NCBI GenBank assembly: GCA_965644315.1
Contig: CBFFRQ010000026.1
Span: 7,103 to 71,102 of the forward strand
Direction of reading: 5' to 3'
Length of the DNA: 64,000 nt
Origin: Caecitellus pseudoparvulus
Taxonomy: Eukaryota > Protista > Bigyra: Bicosoecida
The position numbers and the translations under genes were made by a program. The stretch's first letter is position 1. Each line of letters starts with the position of its first letter. Positions 31,365 through 41,289 of the stretch are shown here, piece after piece. A model generated the notes under the pieces. It worked only from the letters and a program-made list of their open reading frames with translations, ran no database searches and was not told the origin of the DNA.

Positions 31365-33191
31365 ATGGAAAAAGCAGCGGCTCTGGCACATCCCCTGCGT
31401 GGCACACAACAGCCTGGCCCTTTTGAGGAGATGTGCGTTCGTGGGCAGCCCGTGTGCAGCCATCAAGCAATGACCGAGGAGGACAAAGCCTGGTTGGCGG
31501 GCATGGCAGCCGACACCAACCACCCCTTCATGCCCATAGACCACCTGCTGCCGGCCCTCCAAAGACTGACTCGGATCGAACGGAGACTGCACAGTCAGCC
31601 CACAGGGCCCCAAGCCTACCTCCTGACAGGTCCCAGCGGCGTTGGGAAGACCCACTTGCAGAAGGCATATGCCAGGCAGGTGACTGCGAGAAACGCCAGA
31701 GCGGGAGGCGACAGGCACACACTGTGCTGCAGCATCAACCTTGGGGCCCGTGAGCCTTCTGACACTAGTAGCTTCTATGAGTGGCTGCTCGGGTCAGTCG
31801 CAGAAAAGCTCTCAAAGCTGGAAGGGTATGAGTCTGTGACGGAGGTGCTGGGGCTGCTGGCCAGCTCTGCACATGGCGAACCCCGTGAGGCGGTTGATGT
31901 GAAGCACCTGCTGTCCATGGTGTCAGCAGAGGGCGATGCTGCTAGCGCTGCCCCCTCAGGACTGTCGCCTGAGGTGTGCGAAGTTTTGGTCGACAAAGGA
32001 ACAGACAATTGGCTGGGCCTGGCGAGCGCCGTGTTGAGAGAAGCCAACATCGCCGTCATTGTGCTCATTGACGAGGCCGACTGCCTGTTCCAGGGTGATC
32101 ACTTCACACGGGAGTGTGCAGACCTGTGGTGTGCGCAGCTGCGGTACCTGTTGTCGTTGGATTACCCTGCAGTTGGCGTGGTCCTGTGCACAGACTTTCT
32201 GCGTGCCAGCCAGCTGTTCGTTTACGACGGGCGGCCTCATGAGTTCCCACCCGATTTCACACATCACGAGCTGCGAAAGGACTGGTACAAGGCCTTGGTC
32301 GAGCACGTTCCTCTGGGGGGGCCTGCCTGGAACCGCACGTCCCTCGGGGCCTTCCTCCTCACATACGCGTGCAGGAAAGTGGACAGGACATTCTCCCTCT
32401 TCCAGCGCCACCTTGACCAGCAGCCGTCAGAGGCAGTGCTTCGGGTGGCCAGGGATCTCGATGAGCTGTGCCTGCGGGGCTGGAAGGGGGACGCTGGAGC
32501 AAGCTCTGCTGAGAAGCTGGACGCTTTCCTGGTGCACATCATGGAGCAGTTCGGGCAAACACCCAAACACCTCATCAAAGCAGTCCCCGGGCTTGTTGGC
32601 GCATGTCGGGAACCATGGACATGGCCAGTATCCACGGAGGAAGCTCCAGTGGAGGCCGACTTGGAGCAGACTGTCCCTATGCCCAAACTTCTGATGGATA
32701 CCTTCCACGAGATCCTGTCAGATGCCAAGCGAGAGCAGCTGGCCAAGGACACCCTGCTCACCTTCCGCTCTGGGCAGTACGCCGTGACCAGGACAGAGCT
32801 GGAAAGATCCCTGGAAGTGTACATCCCCCGCCAGGCACGACAGGCTGCAGTTGCAGCAGGCTACGGCGCCGCTCGCCCGGCACCTGCTCTTGCCGTTCCG
32901 ACTGCTCTGCAGTGCATCGATGCCGCCTTGGATGCTGGGTGGCTCGTACCCCGTCACATTTGTCTGAGCCTGGGCAGCCTGCAAGCGTACCGCCAGAACT
33001 GGTGTGGAGGTGTGCACCCTGAAATTATTAGGCGGATGCGGGAAGGTGAGTTTGGCAAGCAGGCTGAGTTGCCCATTGCCCGTGCCTTGGCGAGGATGCA
33101 GAGTCCCAAGGGAGGTGTCCTTGTGCGGCCCACCCACGAGTCAGTGTGGTGCGGCAACGATGGCTCAGAGTCACCAACCCTGACATGGTGA
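31365..33191 (+). CDS. STAND/Crinkler-type P-loop NTPase protein, probably C-terminally truncated
   Basis: 608-codon ORF. Walker A YLLTGPSGVGKT (31629-31652), Walker B VIVLIDEAD (from 32055), a GxP-like motif FGQTPKHL and a winged-helix-like IDAALDAGWL. A likely intron 31261-31362 precedes the ATG. Confidence 0.65.
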   Translation: MEKAAALAHPLRGTQQPGPFEEMCVRGQPVCSHQAMTEEDKAWLAGMAADTNHPFMPIDHLLPALQRLTRIERRLHSQPTGPQAYLLTGPSGVGKTHLQKAYARQVTARNARAGGDRHTLCCSINLGAREPSDTSSFYEWLLGSVAEKLSKLEGYESVTEVLGLLASSAHGEPREAVDVKHLLSMVSAEGDAASAAPSGLSPEVCEVLVDKGTDNWLGLASAVLREANIAVIVLIDEADCLFQGDHFTRECADLWCAQLRYLLSLDYPAVGVVLCTDFLRASQLFVYDGRPHEFPPDFTHHELRKDWYKALVEHVPLGGPAWNRTSLGAFLLTYACRKVDRTFSLFQRHLDQQPSEAVLRVARDLDELCLRGWKGDAGASSAEKLDAFLVHIMEQFGQTPKHLIKAVPGLVGACREPWTWPVSTEEAPVEADLEQTVPMPKLLMDTFHEILSDAKREQLAKDTLLTFRSGQYAVTRTELERSLEVYIPRQARQAAVAAGYGAARPAPALAVPTALQCIDAALDAGWLVPRHICLSLGSLQAYRQNWCGGVHPEIIRRMREGEFGKQAELPIARALARMQSPKGGVLVRPTHESVWCGNDGSESPTLTW

Positions 33192-33657
33192 GGGCTCTCA
33201 GCGGGCCGTCTCGCCCTGGACCCAAGGTGCACCATCGAGGCAGGCTCTAGCACAGCAGGTGGAATGCAAAGCAGTACCATGCGCCCAGTCTCTCATGCTG
33301 GCCCATGCCTGGTACTCTGCGCTCCTCACCCGCTGCACGCCACTCGCCGCTGCTGCCCCAGATCTGTCGCGCAGCAATGCTGTCGCCGAGAGTGGACTGG
33401 GCTGATCACCTGCGCTGCCGCGTGCAGCATGCCGGGACCCAGTTCAGACCCCGCCCGCCCACTGAGTGCGCGACACAGCTTCATGATGCACCAGGCACAC
33501 ATGGCAGGTGTGGCAGGTATGCCCAGTGCAGCAGCAGCAGCAGTGCCGGCCACCCAGGCCAAGGTGGCGGACGCGGAGTGATGGATCAGCGATGTAATGC
33601 AAGGCAGTGCCCGGCGCATCACCACGCAATGGTTGCATTCACAATGGTGCCTGTGCG

Positions 33658-34395
33658 TCAGGCCTTGGAGATGGCGGCACGTGCAGCCTTGACGATGGTG
33701 GCGTGGTCCGCTGACAGGAAGGCGCCAGTCTTGGCGGTCTTCCACTTGGCAGCCTCTTCCTTGGTCACGGTGCCCTGCTCCAGGAAGTACGCCGTGAAGG
33801 CCCCCATGACTGCTGGGCGAGCGTCGGCGCTGTACATGTCCTCCAGTTGGCAGTAGCGCCCAGTGCCTTCAAGCAGGAACGCCGCGAACTCCTCCGCTCC
33901 AGCGGCACGCCCGGCATCGGCGATGGTCTTCACGGCAGCCTGCACCTTGTGCAGCTGCTCGACGTCTGCGGCACCGGCATTGCCGCCCATGCCAGCGTTG
34001 CCAGCATCACTCATCAGCTGCAGGAGAGCACTGGCCGCGGCGGGGGCGCTGGCACCGGACAGGTGTGTGCTCCATGCGGCGGCGATGTCCTCGGCACCCT
34101 TCCGGTCTGACGCTTGGCGCCATGCCAGCAGAGCCTGCAGGTGGGCCGCATCAGGGTGCGAGGCGATGGCGTCGCACTGCAGGGCAGCCGCCATGTTCTT
34201 GGTGAAGCCCCGTGTGTCGAAGGTGCAGGGGCCAGCCAGTGGCATGAGGCTGACGTCGTGCGGGATGGTGACGGGAGGGCCGTCCTCCTTCACCTTGGCG
34301 GCCTCCACCAACATGGTGCCAAGCAGGGCCAAGCCGGAGCCAGCGAAGAATGCGGTGCCAATGCTGCACAGCCGCACCAGGGTGGCCACGTGCAT
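33658..34395 (-). CDS. Uncharacterised protein, about 245 aa, N-terminal hydrophobic helix then helical domain
   Basis: ORF with high-GC3 codon usage from ATG 34395 (MHVATLVRLCSIGTAFFAGSGLALLGTMLVEAA...). A + strand antisense shadow ORF is present, and AATGCA lies 19 nt after the stop. Confidence 0.65.
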   Translation of the reverse strand: MHVATLVRLCSIGTAFFAGSGLALLGTMLVEAAKVKEDGPPVTIPHDVSLMPLAGPCTFDTRGFTKNMAAALQCDAIASHPDAAHLQALLAWRQASDRKGAEDIAAAWSTHLSGASAPAAASALLQLMSDAGNAGMGGNAGAADVEQLHKVQAAVKTIADAGRAAGAEEFAAFLLEGTGRYCQLEDMYSADARPAVMGAFTAYFLEQGTVTKEEAAKWKTAKTGAFLSADHATIVKAARAAISKA

Positions 34396-34683
34396 GCTGC
34401 CGTTGTTGATGACGGGGGCGAAGAGCTGCGAGGAGAGGGTACGGCCCCCTTTGCGATCCACGCGGCCTTTTGCAGCACCGGAAGCACACTCAAGTGTGGG
34501 ATTCACTTGCTCGCCAGATCTTCTGCCGAAGTCGGGACCAGCCTGGCCTGGGGTTAGTACTTCTTGCCCAGTGCTGGCGGCTTCACTCTGCTCAGAAGAG
34601 TCAGTCGCACCGACTTGCACGCCGCACCGTTGGCAGGCATCAGCGCAGCATTAGCACCCGAGCAGTGTATTGTAGCAAGTAAA

Positions 34684-35851
34684 TCAGCAGCACTTTTTAC
34701 GCCGAGGGCAGCAGCGGGTGGGGCGTGGTAGCTTGCTAGCCAGGAGTTTCGTTAGTACCAGAACCAGTTGTACCCAAGCTGCGTACTCCAGAGAAGAGTC
34801 CCCTTCTTCAAAGCGTGAGGCATTGAGACTGAGTACACCCACAAAGAAGACCACCAGAGCACTGAACAGAGTAAGACGCACAGACGCCGTAAACAAAGTC
34901 TGAGCGCGTAACAGCCGCTGGTGAGCTTCAAGCAGTGCTTGCCGGAGGGGTTCTTGCCCGACTCCTTCTTCACGTGCCATACCTGCGTCATCATTGCCTT
35001 GAAATTCAAAGGGCACTGGACTCCCCATGCAGAATGCAAGCCTGGCGTAGAAACACGAAGGAGATCGCTGGCAGCACCAAAGAACGCCTTCCTCCGCCCA
35101 TGTCTGCAATCTTCGTGAATGCCCCACATTCCAGCTCTGTGAGCTCGGCAGGTCATGCTCACCTTGTTCATCTGTCTGCGAGCCTACAACAAGCTGTTGG
35201 GTTTCGAATCTGTAGAGTTTGGCCCTGTCTCGTAGGCTTCGGGTCGTGGTGCAGTTCGGCATGTAGGGCCATTGGTCAGGGGTCCAGCGAGGGTTCAACG
35301 CCGGGGGCAGCATCGTGAGGGACAGAATTTCCCTGTCCAGCGATTCTTCATCCAACTTTGTTTCGCGAAAGTTGTCGAATCTACCTTCGCGGCGCAGCTC
35401 GCCTTCTGTCCTGTGTCGCAGGGCACGAATTGCCGGTCGTCGCCACACCGAAACGGTGGCAGTACAAGGCCGGCCGGAGATGAAGAGAAGTACCCAACTG
35501 AGCCAGTCAATGGCTGCCGCAAGAACGAGCAGGGCAGCACACTTTACAGAGCTGCCTACGAGCAATGCGCTCAGCTGACCAAGCCAGCCGGACAGCATGA
35601 GCACAAAGGCAGCAACCAAGCAAGAGCCATTTATCCGTTGCCAGCAAGGCGCACGGGCATTGGTAGTATCTGCCTGCAGGCGGGGCAGGGCGTGCGGCAG
35701 TGCGCGGAAGGTGATCGCACCGGTGTTTGAAACGCCGCCATCATCAGCCTACCAGTTCTATGTCGTCATCGTCCACATTGTCAAGAGCAAGGTCAAGTAC
35801 TCGTCCATAGTATCGGCAACTATGCCTCTCACAGCAGCACAGATTACCCAT
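34684..35851 (-). CDS. Uncharacterised membrane protein (about 4 TM), about 362 aa, with lipidation motifs at both ends
   Basis: Exon 1 35851-35753 (MGNLCCCERHSCRYYGRVLDLALDNVDDDDIEL), a phase-0 intron 35752-35674 (GTAGGC...CTGCAG), and exon 2 35673-34684. There are two hydrophobic pairs, and it ends RCCPRRKKCC*. Confidence 0.6.
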
Positions 35852-36570
35852 CTCTGGCAAGCGGCGATGGCTTCAGGCGCAAGCGTGACGTGCGTTGCAA
35901 CGCAGGGGTGCGGGTTGCGCAGGAGCTGACAGCCTCGCACTTCTCCTCTGGAGCAAGACCAGTGCCCAGTGAAGGGATGGTTTTGGGGTGTGAGCAGTGG
36001 GTATAAAAGTAGGGAAGGAAGTGTTTTGCCGGAGGAGTGATCTGTCGCCCTCCTTGAGAGGGGGCCTTCACTGGCGCGTTTCACTGGCGTTGCAACCCAG
36101 TCTACCCTACGCGTGTGGCTGTCACAGCACGAGAGCGTCCAAATTGGGCAAGCGAAGACATAAAACGAGTCTCAGCGCGTTGCATTCGCCCTGGGATGTT
36201 GCTCTGTGCTGTCGGCGAAGGCGGAAAAATCGCCTTGCAAAGATCCCTGGTGCCCTGCGCTGTCTTCTCGAAAGCGGAGTTCTTCACAGGTAGCGACACA
36301 AGAGGACAGTTTCGAGTCAAAGTGCGCTGTGTTGGATCACAAGATGTCGTTCCTTGAGGCCCTTGTTGGGGGGGGCTCAAGAGCTGGCCGAAGGGCAGTT
36401 CCCAGCCACCCGGTCCAGCGGAGCCGGACACGTTTGAGATGCCTGCCCAAAACACACGACACGCGGAACGCACTGCGCACAGCACAGAGCTTGGAGGATC
36501 CCACTCCACGCCTCTCCAGCGTGAGCTGTGTCGCGCGCTCAGTTGAGCTTGGGGTGCCGTCACTTCCACC

Positions 36571-38285
36571 ATGCCACGCCGCGGAGCCAAGCGGGTGCGT
36601 TGCCAGCTGCCGCCGCCAGAGAACACCGCATGCCCGCCCGAAGCAAGACCCACGCCCCTGCCGCTCACAGACCAAGGCACGCACCCACGTGCCGGATCCG
36701 GAGGATGCCGTCGCGTCCGTGCCCCGCACCTTCGTCTTCCACCGAGGCCAGGTGAGCAGCGGCCACATCACAGGTGCAACTTCGACAGGCGATCACTGCC
36801 CCAACATGCTGTGCACAGGCGGAGAAGCCGGTACGAGAACTAGTCTCAGATATGCGCAAGCTGTTCATGCCACACACAGCCACGAAGCTGCGGGAAACCA
36901 AGTGCGTGCCTGCGTGCGGAACTTGGGCGCTCCCATTCGATTTCCGCATGCTCTTCCCCGGCGCCCTGCCACGCAGGTCCAACTCCCTGAAGGATTTTGT
37001 GTCTGTCGCCGGCATGCTGCACGTGACACACTTCCTCATGCTGCGTGAGCGGTCCACCGGCGTGAACCTGCGCATCATGCGCGTGCCGCGAGGGCCAACG
37101 CTCACGTTCCGCGTGCGGCGCTTCGTGCGTTGTCGGGACGTGCTGTCGGCGCAGAAGCGCCCCGCAGACGTGGCGCAGGCGTACCGCTTCCCGCCCCTGG
37201 TGGTGCTGAACGGTTTCTCTGCCGGCGGCTCCATGGGTGTGGAGGGCGCGCCAGGCAGCACCACCGACGCAGGCGCGTTGGCGCTGCAAACCATGCAGGC
37301 CACGCTGCAAGGCATGTTCCCCACCATTAACGTGCGCACAGTTGCACTGAAGCAGTGCCGGCGCGTGGTACTGTTCCACCGCGACAAGGACAGCGGGCTG
37401 GTGGAAATGCGGCATTTTCTCATCCGCGCAAACCCCGTCGGCGCCTCACGCGCTGTGCGCAAGCTGGGGCGCTCCAACGTGCCGAATTTGGGCGCACTGG
37501 GGGATGTTGCGGACTTTGTGCTGTCTGGGGGGCGCACAGGGGGCGGCGATGGCTACGCCACCTCAGACTCGGAGTTTGAAGACGAGGCAGGCCGCGTGAC
37601 GTTGCCCGCTGCGTTCGCCGGCAAAGGGAACAAAGCCGCCACGCGCTCCGCAGTGAAGCTGACGGAGCTGGGCCCGCGCCTGTCCCTGGAACTGCACAAA
37701 ATCGAAGCTGGCCTGGACGAGGGGGAGGTCCTGTACAATGCCCGCGTGCACAAGTCGCCGGAGGAGGTGCTGGCCATGGCGCAGCGGCACGCCGTCGCAG
37801 CGACGGTCAAGGCGGCGCGCGTTGCCGAGCAGGCTGAGCACGTGGCTGCCAAGGAGGCCAAACGTGAGGCCAAGCGAGCAGCCAAGAAGGCACGCCGGGC
37901 GGAGCGCATGGCAGCGTTGGAGGAGGTCCTGGCGGCGGGTGGCACGGAAGGGTATGCTGCGGAAGATGAGGAGGGTGGCAGTGGGAGCGAGTCACAACAC
38001 AGCGCCAGTGGCTCCGAGCAGGGGGCAGACAGCGCAGGGGAAGACAGTAGTGATGACGAGGGGGGTCTGGGGGAGGATTGGCAGGCGCAGCTGGAGGGTG
38101 GCAGCAGTGACAGTGACTCGGCGGCAGTGCAGAGCGGCCGAGGCACGAAACGCGCCGCCGCGGCAGCGCCACCCGCGCCTGCTCAGGGCAAGCGCCAGGC
38201 AGTGCCCAGTGCCTCTGGGATCCCCTCGCGTGCCAAGGCGCGCACTGTGCCGCTGGGCAAGGTGCTGCGCCGGCGGCGCAAGTGA
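36571..38285 (+). CDS. PPAN: Peter Pan / Ssf1 Brix-domain ribosome biogenesis factor
   Basis: Exons 36571-36594, 36671-36751, 36819-36901, 36977-38285. Motifs: VPRTFVFHRG, DMRKLFMPHTATKLRE, NSLKDFVSVAGMLHVTH, PRGPTLTF, PPLVVLNGF, MFPTINV, RRVVLF, AVKLTELGPRLSL, EGEVLY. Confidence 0.95.
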
Positions 38286-38445
38286 GGCGGGCAGCGACTG
38301 CGCAATTGCCGCACATGAATCACAATGCACGCGTCGCCGCCATCGCCACTGCCTGCTGTGGAACGCTGATCACTGAAGCTTACCTATTTACTTGAATCTT
38401 GTGCCGTTCTGCGGTGCTGGCGTGCATGACGGTGCGGAAAGCAGC

Positions 38446-39420
38446 ATGTCGGCGGGGCCGCTGGCCGGGCCACAACATGCGGCAGCTTTTGCTGCGTCTT
38501 TGAACGCCAGTCGGCAAGTACGCAAGGCCGCCCAGGCCATGGACGACGCAGCGCTGGATGCAGTGCTGGCGGTAAGCGACCTATCCCGGCCTGTGAAGCT
38601 GGCCTCTCGGCAGCGAGCCGGCGCGGCGCGTGTGGTGGACGGTTCAAAATCCGCGCACGCCGCCACTCTGGGCGCGAAACCCAGCAGCCTGGGGCGGCCG
38701 GAGGGCATGCTGCAGCGGCGCAAGATGTTGCAGCACTTGCAGACTCACGGCCCCTCCCGCCCCATCTTCTCCCCTCGTTCTGGGGCAAAAGACCCCCCCA
38801 CGCTGCCTCGCACGGCGTGGATGCGAGCTGGCGCGACACCCACCACCTCCACACCTCGCCAACCCAGCCGCCCGCAGGCGGCGCGCACGCGCAGCACTGC
38901 GCCTGTGGAACCAGAATTTCCCGACGTGACCAAGGCACCTCTCGTGGCCCCGCCACAGCCCTCCACTCCTGACACGCCGCTTCGTGCGTTGCCACAACAA
39001 CGCGGCTCCAAGCGCCCCCGCACCTCCTCCACGGGCCGGGGGCGGGTTAGCACCGCTAGGGGCCACCGAAACCCACGCAGCCCCATGTCACAGCGCGCCT
39101 CTGGCCAGCGGCAGCGGCCGATGCAACGCAGCAGGGCTGCCAAGGCGCCCCGCCGCCGCCGCGACACGCTGCCGTTGTCGCCCGCTGCGTTGATGCGTGT
39201 GCGGAGCGACGGCAGCAGCGGTGAAGGTGGGGGGGCTGACGACAGCTGGCTGCACCGACGAGTGGCGCCGTCGTCCACCTCTCCCTCCTCGTGCAGCAGT
39301 GTGGAGGAGGTGGAGTGCGCGCCAGTGCAGTTGGCACGGTCACGGCGACCCCGCCTCGCGCTCACCGCCGTCTCACACACTGTCGTGGACCTGACACAAG
39401 ACGACAGCGGCAGCGAATGA
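38446..39420 (+). CDS. Disordered basic/Ser-rich protein with a C-terminal SUMO-interacting-like motif
   Basis: An open frame fills the gap between PPAN and DHODH. It has NLS-like KRPR and PRRRR, ends TVVDLTQDDSGSE*, and has AATGCA 16 nt after the stop. Confidence 0.55.
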   Translation: MSAGPLAGPQHAAAFAASLNASRQVRKAAQAMDDAALDAVLAVSDLSRPVKLASRQRAGAARVVDGSKSAHAATLGAKPSSLGRPEGMLQRRKMLQHLQTHGPSRPIFSPRSGAKDPPTLPRTAWMRAGATPTTSTPRQPSRPQAARTRSTAPVEPEFPDVTKAPLVAPPQPSTPDTPLRALPQQRGSKRPRTSSTGRGRVSTARGHRNPRSPMSQRASGQRQRPMQRSRAAKAPRRRRDTLPLSPAALMRVRSDGSSGEGGGADDSWLHRRVAPSSTSPSSCSSVEEVECAPVQLARSRRPRLALTAVSHTVVDLTQDDSGSE

Positions 39421-39482
39421 GTGCGTGGTGTTTTCAATGCATGGTGCGTTTGCGTTCGCTGCCGTGGCCATGCTTGCTGCAT

Positions 39483-41041
39483 TCATGCGCGCGTTTCGGG
39501 CGCGGTGGGTGCCGGCAGGGGCTTGCGCTGCACGTCCACGCCAACAGCTTCCTGCACCGACGCAAAGCCACCCTTGCGCAGCAATTCCGCGAGGTCAGTC
39601 TTGATGTCCCGCAAAACCTGTGGACCGCCCAGGGAAACGCTGGAGTACAGCTGCACGAGGCTGGCGCCGGCTCGAATCTTCTCAAACGCGTCCTCGCCCG
39701 ATGAAACGCCGCCCACGCCGACGATGGGCAGCGCATGCCCCACACGGGCGTACACCTTTTTCAGCACCTCTGTCGATGGACGGAAGAGTGGCGCACCGCT
39801 CAAGCCCCCAGTCTCGGCTGCGGCAAGTGCGGGGGGGCGTGTGTGGTCCTGTCGACAGGCGCAGCAACGCAGCACGCACCTCTCGCCGGGCTGCGCAGGT
39901 ACACTGGCCTGGCCACTGTCGTGTTGCTGACAATGAGGCCGTCAATTCCTGCGCATGGGGTGAGGAAATGGAGTGTCGGGGGGGTGTCCACACCAGCCAG
40001 CGCGGCCATCGGGCGGCACACACCTGTGCTGAGCGCCACGGCGCAGATGTCGTCAATTTCCGCATCCGACAGGTCTGGCGCCACCTTGACGAGCAGCGGC
40101 GGTGCGTCGCGCTGCAGGGACGAGCCCCAGGGCAGGCCATCCCGGGCTTGCACGCAGGCAGTGATGAGTTGCTGCAGCTGCTCCTGCCGCTGCAGGGAGC
40201 GCAGGCCTGGCGTGTTGGGCGAGGACACGTTCACGACGATGTAGTCGGCGTACGGCGCCATGGTGCGCACGCCGCGCGTGAAGTCCTCCACGGCGTCCCC
40301 GTCTTTGTTCTTGCCCACGTTCACGCCCACGGGGCCCAGGCGCCGCAGGGCAGCGGGGTTGTCGCTGCGCCGCCGCATGTAGCTCACCACCCGTCCCTGC
40401 ACCGTGTCCAGCCCCTCGCTGTTGAAGCCGTACCGGTTCACCACGGCGCCGTCCTCGGCGAGGCGAAATACGCGGGGCTTGGCGTTGCCGGGCTGGGGCT
40501 CGGGCGTGACGGACCCCACCTCCACCGCCCCGAACCCCATGCCCAGCATACCGTCCACCGCCTCCCCGCCCTTGTCGAAGCCCGCCGCCAGGCCGATGGG
40601 GTTGCCCAGCGTCATGCCCAGCCACTCCGTCGCTAGCTCCGGCGGGTCATTGTCGGAGTCAATGGGGGCCCAGCCCCGCGCTGCCGCCTGCACGCCGGCA
40701 ACGTGGGCTGTCTCGGCGTCCAGCAGGTGCACCAGGGGCATGGCGGCGTTGGCCAGCCACCAGTACGGAGCCGTGCCACGCAGGTCCTGCACGGCAAAAT
40801 GGTACGCAGCACCAAACACTGCCACGGCACCCTGGAAAGTGGGCATCGCGATTGTGGCGGCGCAGAGGGCGGGGGAAGGCTGCGGAAATCGACTCACGCT
40901 GATTTGAGCCACGCCAGACAGCACGTCCCTGCCTGTGATGGGCTGTGCCACGCGAGCACCCTGGCTCTGCCACCTGCGACAGCCAAAAGCCATGCCCCTG
41001 TGGGCTGCTACTGCGGCAACAGGCGCCCTGGACCCCAGCAT
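39483..41041 (-). CDS. DHODH: Dihydroorotate dehydrogenase (quinone), class 2, mitochondrial
   Basis: Introns 40897-40832, 40023-39949, 39879-39818. Motifs: presequence MLGSRAPVAAVAAHRGMAFGCRRWQS, LDAETAH, NPIGLAAGFDK, EVGSVTPEPQPGNAKPRVFRL, VNRYGFNSEG, NVSSPNTPGLR (catalytic Ser), LVKVAPDL, SNTT, ETGGLSG, GVGGV, AGASLVQLYS. Confidence 0.97.
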
Positions 41042-41200
41042 GGCGTGGGAATCTCGGGAGGCAGGCGAAACACTGGTCCGGCAGCGTCGACCTCTTCCGC
41101 TGCACGGTCGGCGTCACACGCCCCGAAACACAAATGAAAGGCTCCAGTCTAGCAAAAGGGCCTAGAGATGTGGCTGCTGGCGTTGACGTTTGCCGCGGAG

Positions 41201-41211
41201 GATTGGATTTG
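41201..41211. promoter_or_regulatory. GATTGGATTTG motif in the putative bidirectional DHODH/UBX promoter
   Basis: It sits in the 248-nt gap between divergent ATGs and is identical to 30557-30567. Confidence 0.35.
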
Positions 41212-41289
41212 CGCGCCAACTTCGCCTGAGCAGCAGCTTGGCTGCGCAGCTTGGGTGGCAGCCACGTGCCACCCCGCCCCGTGCCAGGC

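Noticed and set aside
33189-33191. Selenocysteine or genetic-code reassignment of TGA
   Set aside because: TGA is the normal stop of several conserved genes here (PPAN, DHODH, ADSS, dynein), and no SECIS or redox motif was recognised.
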